Below, piece after piece: positions 36,801-45,945 of a stretch of DNA of 64,000 bases. The position numbers were made by a program, and so were the translations under genes. This stretch comes from a virus. Taxonomy: Duplodnaviria; Heunggongvirae; Uroviricota; Caudoviricetes. The first letter of the stretch is position 1, and each line of letters opens with the position of its first letter. The notes below the pieces were generated by a model. The model worked only from the letters and a program-made list of their open reading frames with translations, made no database searches and was not told the origin of the DNA. The stretch lies in IMG/VR virus record IMGVR_UViG_3300023371_000005; one strand, given 5' to 3'.

Positions 36801-37448
36801 ATGTCACAGTTAAGTCAAACTGCTATTGACAAATTATATGAAATCCAAAGAAGTAATCCTCCAAAGATGGCTTCCATTCCATATGCGGAGGATTACATTG
36901 AAGTTGATTGGCGTACTCGCTCAATTGGAGAACGTGATATCCTAAGCACTGCTCGTGACCATAAATCCGAAAATTTATACTTTATCATGGATAGATATTG
37001 GGATTATATGGACTTGTCTACCACCACCTGTGTTATTTCTTATAAGACTTATCCCGCAGACCCCCAGAAGCAAGGTGTGACTGGTTTATATGCCGTTCCA
37101 TATTACGACATTTATACTCATAAAGCTACTCCTGGCACTTTGGAAAAGGATAAGATGGTTATTCCATGGTGTATTGATGGACGAGTAACTCAAGACGAAG
37201 CAGAAGTAGAATATGCCATTCGTTTTTATCGTGTTGATGCTGATGGAAAGAAAATCCTCTATAATATCAGCACCATGCCAAATGTTGGCAAAGTCCTATA
37301 TGGACTAAACGTTCAGCCAAACGGCCTTGAAGACGCCGGAGATCTAGCTGGTGATTATGATATTGCTAGTAGTATGTATGAACATTTTACTGACGAAATC
37401 AGAAAATTAAATCAGCAAGATATTTTTTGGATTGAATTTGTTTCATAA
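36801..37448 (+). CDS. Hypothetical protein, 215 aa, no TAG
   Basis: AAAGGAGG RBS. TAA stop. Confidence 0.5.
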   Translation: MSQLSQTAIDKLYEIQRSNPPKMASIPYAEDYIEVDWRTRSIGERDILSTARDHKSENLYFIMDRYWDYMDLSTTTCVISYKTYPADPQKQGVTGLYAVPYYDIYTHKATPGTLEKDKMVIPWCIDGRVTQDEAEVEYAIRFYRVDADGKKILYNISTMPNVGKVLYGLNVQPNGLEDAGDLAGDYDIASSMYEHFTDEIRKLNQQDIFWIEFVS

Positions 37449-37455
37449 CTTTTAT

Positions 37456-37490
37456 GGGTGGAAGTAATTTTTACTTCCACCCATTTTTTT
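37456..37490 (+). terminator. Rho-independent terminator closing the TAG-free block
   Basis: GGGTGGAAGTAA / TTACTTCCACCC 12-bp stem followed by a T8 run. Confidence 0.6.
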
Positions 37491-37599
37491 TGTTATTGGC
37501 CGAATAAAAATAATATACTAATCTCTTTTTTTATTTATATTAGAAAATAAAAAGAGATACTCTTTTTTTATAAAAATTTTTAGAAAAGGAGGAACATAT

Positions 37600-39705
37600 A
37601 TGGCAACTCTTCCACCCGATGGGATTTATAGTGGTTTTTATATTCGTTATTTTTTTGAAGGCGAAGAAATGACAGGCTACTATGGATCTAGTATGGGCAT
37701 TTATAAAAGTGGAGATCCCGTCGAAGCGACAGTTACTTCAGATTGGATTATTAATGGGCCTAATGGCGAAGCTGCTTTATGGTATTGGGATTCAAATTAT
37801 TAGAATGAAATTCAAATTGGTAGTTCATTAAGTTTTCAAGCTCATATTTATTTAGATGATGGAATCTCCTTTGGAATTATCATATATGGAAAGAGAATGG
37901 ATATCAAATTAAAGATGGGTGCGAAGACTGATCTTCCATCCAGTAAAAATAAAGGCACAGTATATTTTGCTAAAGATGGAGATAAAAACTTTGGTGAATT
38001 ATATTATGATGATGAAAATGGCAATCGAGTAAAAATTGGCGGTAGCAATATTAGCAGCGCTAAATTTAAAATTTAGTATAATTCTAGCAATATTGATTTA
38101 GTTGATGGCCTTAGATTAGATTTAACTTTTGAAGATGGAACTGTAATAGCTTCTAATTTTTTCCCTGAAGCAACAATATATAACCCTGGTTTAATGATGC
38201 CTGCCAAGAATAGTATTACAGAAATCCAATAGATGCCATTAGGATTGAAATCTTTTTATCCAGGCATTATAATTGGTACAATGCCTGCATTAGAATTAAA
38301 TAACGGTTATGCCATTGGAATTGGAGATGCTGCAGTTTTATTTGGAGATGATAGTACAGAATATAATAAAGTAGGAATAATTCAAAGTCCAGAAACTTTA
38401 ATATTAGCTACAGAGGATTAGACCGCAGTGTTTAGTGTAAGCAATTAGGATAATACTCCAGGAATAGTGGCTATGGCTGGTGATGCAAGTTTTACGCTTG
38501 CAGAAGGTTATTTTTGGACAGGTTCCTTAGGAGCTGAATCTAATTATATTCCTACTGCTTATATTGAAGAACTTCATTCCACTTCAATCAATGCAGCCCA
38601 GTTTGAAGGAGCTTTTGCTGGAGATTTAGAAGGTACAGCTAGAGATGCAACTTCTTGGACCAATGCAATTCTTTTAAATGGCACTGAAGTTAAAGGCGGA
38701 GAAACTGAAGCAATTACTACTGCTAAATGGGGTGCTGAACGCAATATCTCTATTTCTGGCACTGCCGGCACAACTGGAACTATTGTTGATGGTTCTAATG
38801 AAGATGGTTATACTCTAATCATTCCCGCAACTATGATTGGTTTCACTAGCATCACTTCTACTAATTTATTGGCAACTAACTTAGGAGCTGCTGGAGCCCC
38901 AGTTGAAGTTGCTCATTTTAAAGAAACTTATTTCCATAATCCTAATAATAATAACTATAAGCATAAGCTAACAAGTAATGCTGGTTCTGCTGATTGTGAA
39001 TTACAGCTACCTAATACTTCTGGCTTAATTGTTACTAAGGCTAGCACTACTGCGGCCGTTGGTGGTCTGAATGCACCAGTGTTTGTTGCTGCGAGCGGTG
39101 AAGTTACTGCTTGTTCTACTGTCTCTGTCGAGCATGGTGGTACTGGCGCTAACTCTTTAAGTGCTTATTCTTTATTATATGGCAATGGAACTAATGCAGT
39201 AGGACAGGTTACTCCTATGGCCGCAGGCCGTATTTTAGTATCTGGCGGTACTACTTCTGCTCCTCTATATGCTAGCCCAAGTTTAAGTTTCAGCACAGGC
39301 GCTTCTAATCCAACTATTAGTTTTGTCATTAATGGTGCTACTTATACTTCTACTAATGGCATTCAATCTGCTACTGGCGAAAATCCTGGTCTAGTTTCTA
39401 CTACTACTCAGACTTTTGCAGGAGCAAAGACTTTTACTGGAGCTGTTAATTTTAGCGCTGGTATCACAAGTACAACAGGTACATTCTCTGGACAAATCAA
39501 TGCTACAAACATCAAGTTGAGTGGTCAATTGAAGAGTCATTCCGCAGGTACTTCTTATCTAACTTTGACTGATACTAAAGCAACTGTGACTTCTCCAACT
39601 GTTTATTTAAATGGTACAACTATCGTTCTAAATTCTAGTAATTATGGTCCTACTTTACCAACTACTAATTTAGAAGAAGGTCGAATTTTCTTCTTATTGA
39701 CTTAA
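37600..39705 (+). CDS. Tail fiber protein, about 701 aa, 5 in-frame TAG, with the conserved phage-fiber HGGTGA motif
   Basis: Track ORFs 37600..37803, 38233..38421 and 38467..39705 are all in frame 1. TAGs at 37801, about 38074, about 38230, 38419 and about 38446. Motif VEHGGTGANSLSAYSLLYG. AAAAGGAGG RBS. Confidence 0.6.
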
Positions 39706-39737
39706 TAAAATCTAGGTGAGAAAGGAGAAAATATACA

Positions 39738-41912
39738 ATGGCAACTTATGATTGCACTATAAATGGTGTTCGTGCAAGAGTTGCTGCCACTGGAGTCTAC
39801 TGGTTTGGACCCTCTGGCGGCAACCTAGGCACTTCTACAACTGACGATGAAGGTTGGGGCGTTAATGATGGAGAAGATTTCTTCGGTGGAAATGTCAACC
39901 CCATGGCTTGTGATCCAAGCGGTAATAGTAAATTTACAGTTGCTATCAAAGTAACTACTCCAAATTTATCAAATGTTACTATTAGTGCTTTAACAATTAC
40001 AGTTCAAGGTTTTGACCATACTTACAAAGGTCTTACTTCTACTTATCCATTATATGCTAGTTTAAGAACTACTTCTACAAGTAGTAGTAGTGATACTTAC
40101 AGCACTTTTAGAAATTACGCAATTGGAAGTGAGGCTAGTACCAGTTCTCTTACTGGAAATTCTCTAAATCTTAATACTTGGTCTCCTACTTTCTACGGAT
40201 CTTTTTCCCCAAATACTTCATATTATTTATTCTTATATACTAAATCTACAAGCCAAATTTATGGTTTTTATCACAGTGGCGCAATTTGCACTGATGCTTA
40301 TGTTACTTATACTCAAAATGCAGCATCTTATACTGTAAGTTTGAGTAAAGGTACTGGTATCAGTTCTGTAAGTGGCGGTGGCACTTATACAGAAGGCGAT
40401 TTAGTAACCATTAGAGCTACTCCATCTTCTGGATATAGCTTTGTAAACTGGACAGGTTCAGAAACTTCAACCGCAAACCCTTATAGTTTTTATATTTATG
40501 GTAATAAGTCTTATACTGCTAACGCAAGTTCTGCGACTTATTTAGTTCAATATAAAGCTGGTACTTATGGTTCTGGTACAGAGAGTTCTGTTTATAAAAC
40601 TCATGGTACAAATTTAACCTTAAAAGGAGTGCAATTCACTCGTTCTGGTTATACTCAAACTGATTGGGCTTCTGACGCCGCAGGTACGGTATGGGTAAAT
40701 ACCTTAAATGGAACTTATCAGACAGATGCTCCTGCAACTTTTTATCCATATTGGACACCCAATGTATATACATTAACCATTAATCCAAATGGTGGTACAA
40801 TGTATAACGGTGACAATACTACTTCAAGTCCTTTTACCACAGAATTCTCTTATGGTACTCTAACTTATATTGGTAATTTAGATAGTTACGAAGGATACTA
40901 GCCAGACAATAAGCCAACAAAACCTGGTTATACTTGTACTGGATTTACTTTCTCTGGAGGCTCAGGTCAATAGAATACTAGTGGTGCTACTTTCTATTTT
41001 ATGGGCGATAATCCAGCCGCCGCAATGGTTACTGCTTCTGATACTCGCTCTTGGGTTTTCAATGGTAATTATGCTGGCAATGTAACTGCGACTGCAGAAT
41101 GGGTTGGAAATACTTATACTGTTGTTTATAATGCTAATGGTGGTACTGGTTCTATGGCTAATACATCTCATACTTATGGTGAAGGCTCTAGTTTAAGAAC
41201 TAATAGTTTTACCCATTCTGGTTATACCTTTACCGGATGGAATACCAAAGAAGATGGAACAGGAACTACATATGCTAATAATGCTGTAGTAACTGATTTA
41301 ACAACTACTGCCGGAGGAACTGTTACTTTATACGCTCAATGGGGTGAAGCCACTTATACAGTTATTTTCAATCTAAATGGTGGTAGTATTCAAAGTGGTG
41401 ATTTTAGTAATATGACTTGTGCTCGTAATACTAATTATACCATTCCTACTGGAACCATTGCAGCCAATGGCTTAATCTTCTTAGGATGGTCTACATCATC
41501 TTCTGCTACGACTGCGACTTATGAAGCTGGAGATACTTTCAATAATATTGGAGCCGCAGGCGCAACAGTTATTTTATATGCAGTTTGGGATACAAAAGAG
41601 TTTACAATTAAATATCATGACAATAGCAATGGTAATACATTAAGTGTTAGTTGTATTCCTGCAGCTACCACCAATACTTTTAGAACTCTTCCTTCTGGAT
41701 GGACGAAGGATGGCTATGAAGCTATTGGTTGGAGTAGATCTGCATCTGCCACTTCTCCTGACTATCGATTTGGTCAAGGATTTGTTGATGATTTAGGCGT
41801 AGCAGATGGAGCTACTTTAAATTTATATGTTGTTTGGACCCTGTAGCAACCATGGACTCTGACTCAATTATATATGTATATTGATTCTAGAGATTCATTT
41901 GTTCAATTCTAA
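39738..41912 (+). CDS. Fiber/adhesin protein with 4 Listeria-Bacteroides repeat domains (Flg_new type). About 724 aa, 3 in-frame TAG.
   Basis: Track ORFs 39738..40901 and 41001..41846 are in frame 0. TAGs at 40899, about 40971 and 41844. The frame continues to TAA 41910-41912. Repeats of the form TYTVxFNxNGG...GYTFTGW...TLYAxW. Confidence 0.6.
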
Positions 41913-41933
41913 TAAAAAAAAGGGGGATATAAT

Positions 41934-42341
41934 ATGGACTGGATGGTTATGTTATATCAAATTTTTGAACTTTGCGTTATTCCTCTCTTGGGTGTATTGA
42001 CTATGTACTTAGTTCAATTCATTAAAATGAAGAGCCAAGAAATCGCAGATAAGACTGATAGTGAATTAGCAGATAAGTACATTCAAATGCTTGCTGATAC
42101 TATCACTACTTGCGTTATCGCAACTAATCAGACTTATGTTGAATCTTTGAAGAAGCAAGGTAAGTTTGATGCAGAAGCTCAGAAGGAAGCTTTCAATTTG
42201 ACTTATAATGCAGTTATGTCTGTATTAACTGATGAAGCTAAGCATTATTTGGCTTCCATTTATGGCGACTTGACCGCCTACATTACTAGTCGTATTGAGG
42301 CTGAGGTTAATGTAAGTAAGATTGTTCCTGTTACTGAGTAA
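41934..42341 (+). CDS. Small membrane protein with one N-terminal TM helix, 135 aa. Possible holin-like protein.
   Basis: AAGGGGGA RBS. Hydrophobic segment VIPLLGVLTMYLVQFI. TAA stop. Confidence 0.4.
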   Translation: MDWMVMLYQIFELCVIPLLGVLTMYLVQFIKMKSQEIADKTDSELADKYIQMLADTITTCVIATNQTYVESLKKQGKFDAEAQKEAFNLTYNAVMSVLTDEAKHYLASIYGDLTAYITSRIEAEVNVSKIVPVTE

Positions 42342-42351
42342 TTGCGGAGAT

Positions 42352-42394
42352 ACCCGAAAAATACCTAAAAAGTATTTTTCGGGTATTTTTTTTT
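42352..42394 (+). terminator. Strong rho-independent terminator ending the structural operon
   Basis: ACCCGAAAAATAC-ctaaaaa-GTATTTTTCGGGT 13-bp perfect stem followed by a T9 run. Confidence 0.7.
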
Positions 42395-42436
42395 GTCATT
42401 CGCAGGACCTCAAAAAGTTATGTCCCGGTATTCTTA

Positions 42437-42541
42437 CGGTCCATTTTTGGTTATTTTTCATTCCAGTCGCGGTCCATTTTCGGTTAGGGTTCGGTCCTCG
42501 TTTGGACAAATTAGGGTAATTTTTCGGTCCTAATTTTCATA
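42437..42541 (+). repeat. Array of 4 direct repeats sharing the core CGGTCC. Core starts at 42437, 42470, 42492 and 42525, i.e. spacings of 33, 22 and 33 nt.
   Basis: Units: CGGTCCATTTTTGGTTA, CGGTCCATTTTCGGTTA, CGGTCCTCGTTTGGACA, CGGTCCTAATTTTCATA. Located in a 250-nt non-coding region between a terminator and the next gene. Confidence 0.6.
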
Positions 42542-42595
42542 AAGCTATGAGGGGATTGGATAAAATATTTTTTGTATGGAGAGGAGACCTTACAT

Positions 42596-43030
42596 ATGTA
42601 CTCAAACTATAATTATTATCCACAACAACCCTAGCAAGTCGCCCAATAGCAACCAGTGTACCAACCATTGTCTTACTTACGACAGGCGCCGCCGCAAGCA
42701 GGACTGAAAGGACGCTTGGTAGCATCATTGGAAGAGGCCCGTGCAACCTCTATTGACTTTGATGGTTCTGTATTCTACTTCCCAGATTTAGCGAACAGAC
42801 GAATCTACACAAAACAAATAAATATGGATGGCACCGCATCACTGTGTGTGTATGAATTAAGGGAAATGCCCGTTTAGAGAGAAGAGAGCGGTTCTGTTCC
42901 ATCCGTTGAGAAATTTGTAACGAGAGAAGAGTTTGAGCAGGTCCTGGCGCAACTACAAATGCTCCAGAAGCCAACCGAGCCGGCCGTATCTGCCCCCGCA
43001 AAAGAAAAAGTAGAATTAATGTCATTCTAA
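42596..43030 (+). CDS. Gln-rich hypothetical protein, about 144 aa, 3 in-frame TAG. Two of them fall inside the poly-Q run.
   Basis: ATG 42596 preceded by GGAGAGGAG. Reads MYSNYNYYPQQP-TAG-QVAQ-TAG-QPVYQ. Third TAG at 42875. TAA 43028-43030. Confidence 0.55.
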
Positions 43031-43040
43031 GGAGGTATGA

Positions 43041-43295
43041 ATGATGTATCCAGTAAACCCAAATAAATTAATCCAAATGATTAAATCCGGGCAAAATCCT
43101 CAGCAATTGATGTTATCAATTTTGAAAGGACAAGCCTATGATAATCCCCTCGGAAAAAATCTCCTAAATTTAGCTCAATCTGGTCGCACTGTCGAATTAG
43201 AGAAAGTAATTCGCAACCTTTACGCCCAGTAGGGCGGTCAAAATTTCGACCAGGAGTTCGAAGCCTTTAAACGTGCATTAGGCTACAACACTTAA
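43041..43295 (+). CDS. Small hypothetical protein, about 84 aa, one in-frame TAG (43230)
   Basis: TAAGGAGG RBS. ORF continues through the TAG to TAA 43293-43295. Confidence 0.5.
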
Positions 43296-43316
43296 AATTT
43301 AAGGAGGAAAAAAATT

Positions 43317-44033
43317 ATGTTCAATGGAAAAGGTTATAATTTATCTGATATCGCTGCTGTAACCCGTGGAAGTGGTACTGGTTTCGGTGGAGATGGCGAC
43401 GGCGCATGGTGGCTGTTACTGTTATTCCTGTTTGCGGGATGGGGTAATGGTGGCTATGGCGGCGGCCTTGGCGCAGGTAACGCTCGCGACGCTGTTTCTT
43501 ATGGCTTTGATATCAACAATCTAGAAAATGGAATCCGTGGACTAGAGCATGGTCTATGCGATGGTTTCTATGACATGAACACTTCTTTGCTAACTGGTTT
43601 TGGTAATGTTACTATGGGTAATATGCAGAACACTAACGCCATTATGGGCCGTTTGTGTGATATGTCCGCAGAGCAAGCTGCTTGTTGCTGCGAAACTCAG
43701 CGCTTGATTGAGAGAGGTTTGTGCGAAGTCAACTATAATATCTTGACTCAATCTAACGCAACTAATACTAATATTGCCAATGCCGCGAGAGATATTATTG
43801 AAAACAATAATAATGGTGTTCGCTCTATCTTAGACTTCTTGACTCAGGATAAGATTGCTACTTTGCAGGCTGAAAATCAGGCTTTGCGCTTGACCGCTTC
43901 TCAGCAAGCTCAGAACGCTTTCTTGATCGACCAGTTAGGAACTAAGGCTCCTATTCCTGCATACATGGTAGCTAATCCATATGCTAGCTATGGTTGTGGT
44001 ATGAACTACTATGCTGGATGTGGCTGCAACTAA
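43317..44033 (+). CDS. Gly-rich membrane protein with a Cys-rich C-terminus, 238 aa
   Basis: AAGGAGGA RBS. GGDGDGAWWLLLLFLFAGWGNGGYGGGLGAGN TM segment flanked by Gly runs. CCCE and YGCGMNYYAGCGCN motifs. Confidence 0.5.
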   Translation: MFNGKGYNLSDIAAVTRGSGTGFGGDGDGAWWLLLLFLFAGWGNGGYGGGLGAGNARDAVSYGFDINNLENGIRGLEHGLCDGFYDMNTSLLTGFGNVTMGNMQNTNAIMGRLCDMSAEQAACCCETQRLIERGLCEVNYNILTQSNATNTNIANAARDIIENNNNGVRSILDFLTQDKIATLQAENQALRLTASQQAQNAFLIDQLGTKAPIPAYMVANPYASYGCGMNYYAGCGCN

Positions 44034-44052
44034 TATCTAAGGAGGAAAGTAT

Positions 44053-44475
44053 ATGGAAATTATTGCTAATGCTGTTCAAACAGTTCCCGCAAATCAGAAT
44101 GTTTATTTCACTGATTCTGTTACTTCTGGAAATTATTCTATCGAGCATCGTGATGGTAGTGGATTGGTGACTCTTCGCGGAGTCACCAATACTCAGTGCC
44201 GCGCCCGTTTTAGAGTACATTTCGGCGCAAATGTCGCGATTGCAGAAGGTGGCACCGTCGGACCAATTTCCTTAGCTATCTCTTTGGATGGTGAAGCGGT
44301 TCCAGCTACAATTATGACTGTCACCCCTGCCGCAGTTGGAGATTTCTTCAATGTGAGCGCATCTATCTTTATTGATATTCCAAAAGGATGCTGCTCTCAT
44401 GTGGCCGTGAAGAATATTTCTACTCAGCCAATTGATGTACAAAATGCAAATCTAATTGCTGAACGTTCTGCGTAA
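44053..44475 (+). CDS. Hypothetical beta-rich protein, 140 aa. Loosely C1q/TNF or BclA C-terminal-like.
   Basis: AAGGAGG RBS. TAA stop. Confidence 0.4.
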   Translation: MEIIANAVQTVPANQNVYFTDSVTSGNYSIEHRDGSGLVTLRGVTNTQCRARFRVHFGANVAIAEGGTVGPISLAISLDGEAVPATIMTVTPAAVGDFFNVSASIFIDIPKGCCSHVAVKNISTQPIDVQNANLIAERSA

Positions 44476-44486
44476 GGAGGGATAGT

Positions 44487-45068
44487 ATGGACCACGAAAG
44501 ATTAAAACACATGAAAGAAACTTTAATGTGTGCTGTTGAAGTACAATTATGTGATTTGGGTGAAGTAGATACTAAAGAGCTTGGAGAAGCTATTGATATG
44601 ATTAAAGATTTAGAAGAGGCAATCTACTATTGCACCGTTACAGAAGCTATGAACAACTCTTCACACGAAATGGAGTTTGAAATGAAAAAAGGCGGCCATC
44701 ACCAGTAGGAAAATGGTGACAGCCGCATGTATTATGACAGAAATCGTAGAAGTGATGGTACATTCTATGCTGACAATGATAATTCTTCTTCTTCTGGAAT
44801 GAATAGTTCTAATGGAAGAAATTATTACGATGACCCAGGTATGTGGCGCGATGAGCGCGAAGGCCGCAGTTATAATAGTCGTAGAATGTATATGGAAGCC
44901 AAGGATATGAAACGAGATAAAGCTACTCAATTGCGTGAGTTAGAAAAGTATATGCAAGAGCTATCTCTGGATATTACCGAAATGATTGCGGATGCTTCTC
45001 CAGAAGAAAAAGCATATCTTGAAAAGAAGATAACCGCATTGGCTTCTAAAATTGGTCAAATGAAATGA
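44487..45068 (+). CDS. Hypothetical charged protein, about 193 aa, one in-frame TAG (44706). TGA stop followed one codon later by TAA.
   Basis: Track ORFs 44487..44708 and 44727..45068 are in the same frame. AAGGAGGG RBS. Confidence 0.5.
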
Positions 45069-45376
45069 TTATAAATGGCGTGCGCTGGCGGGTCCGGTTG
45101 GTCTCGCCAGCCCATCCAATGCTACTTACGCCTTGGAGAACTCACGCTCTTGGAGTTTGTGATAAAGTCACATAGACTATATGTATAGACAAGACTCTTT
45201 CCCCTCAACAACTAAAAGAAGTCTTATGTCATGAATTAGTTCATGCTTTTATGTTTAGCTATGCTGTGGATTTATCATATGATGAAGAGGAAATGGTAGC
45301 AGAGCTTATGACTGAATATGGAGAAGATATATTAGAACGGACAAACGCGATTTATAATGGTATAAAAATGAAATAA
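45065..45376 (+). CDS. Small HExxH metallopeptidase-like protein (ImmA/IrrE or SprT-like fold), 104 aa, one in-frame TAG
   Basis: Frame 2 reading: MIINGVRWRVRLVSPAHPMLLTPWRTHALGVCDKVT-TAG-TICIDKTLSPQQLKEVLCHELVHAFMFSYAVD... The motif I.ID..L....LKEVLCHELVHAF follows the ImmA-type pattern. Start ATG overlaps the end of the upstream gene. TAA 45374-45376. Confidence 0.45.
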
Positions 45377-45419
45377 GGGTCGATTATGAATAATCATAAT
45401 CGACCCCTTATTTTTTTTT
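45377..45419. terminator. Bidirectional rho-independent terminator at the convergence of the + and - arms
   Basis: GGGTCGATTATGA-ataa-TCATAATCGACCC 13-bp perfect stem. T-run on the + side and a T-rich tract on the - side. Confidence 0.7.
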
Positions 45420-45422
45420 GGT

Positions 45423-45881
45423 TTAATCAACAACGTCGTCATTATCAACTTTTAAGTCTAAAGCCATAGCCTTATCATAATAGATTTTAGCTTGACCGTT
45501 GCCACCCAAACCAGTATATAATTTATAGAACTCGGTTAACTGTTCCATCTGTGCAGGAGTAATATATCCCTGAGCTAAGAATCCTTTGCATAATTGTACT
45601 AAGCGGAAACGATAAGAAGCAATAATCAGATTCATATGAGTCTTCTCGATGTTCTCAGTTTCTCTGATATATTTTCTTAGTTCCTCTAATTCCTGATATA
45701 CTGGTTCTAAATGGATCTCAATGGTGTCCTCGACATGTTGTCTCTCTTGGGCGGCGGCTAATTCTCTAGCGTTTCTTAATTCACGATTCAATTCACGAGT
45801 TTTGAACTTAGCATAACCAATTACACCGGCACTGATAAGAGCAAACAAAATCTCCATACCCCACTCAGCTAATAATTCCAT
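45423..45881 (-). CDS. Hypothetical protein with an N-terminal TM helix, 152 aa
   Basis: Continuous ORF. ILFALISAGVIGYAKF hydrophobic segment. RBS GGGGGA lies inside the hairpin at 45890-45940. Confidence 0.45.
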   Translation of the reverse strand: MELLAEWGMEILFALISAGVIGYAKFKTRELNRELRNARELAAAQERQHVEDTIEIHLEPVYQELEELRKYIRETENIEKTHMNLIIASYRFRLVQLCKGFLAQGYITPAQMEQLTEFYKLYTGLGGNGQAKIYYDKAMALDLKVDNDDVVD

Positions 45882-45889
45882 TTAAAGTA

Positions 45890-45940
45890 TCCCCCTTTCT
45901 AACTTCTCTGACATTTATAAGAAGTTGGATAGGGGGATTT
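45890..45940 (-). promoter_or_regulatory. Long imperfect hairpin (19 bp, 2 mismatches, C5/G5 clamps) overlapping the RBS of gene 45423..45881
   Basis: ATCCCCCTATCCAACTTCT...AGAAGTTAGAAAGGGGGAT on the - strand. No U-tract. Confidence 0.35.
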
Positions 45941-45945
45941 ATTAG

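Noticed and set aside
37521-37558. Second hairpin, ATCTCTTTTT...AAAAAGAGAT, after the 37456 terminator
   Set aside because: The stem is almost entirely A/T (weak) and has a long AT-rich loop. It is probably just AT-rich spacer, or at most a minor secondary terminator.
42437-42541. CRISPR array
   Set aside because: The repeats are only about 17 nt, imperfect, with spacers of 5-16 nt. There are no cas genes.
42400-42595. Possible tRNA (GGGTTCGGTCC resembles a T-arm) in the non-coding region. It would be a suppressor tRNA candidate.
   Set aside because: No cloverleaf can be drawn: there is no acceptor stem pairing, no D-arm and no anticodon stem. The motif is part of the CGGTCC direct repeats. 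No tRNA is apparent in any intergenic region of this window.
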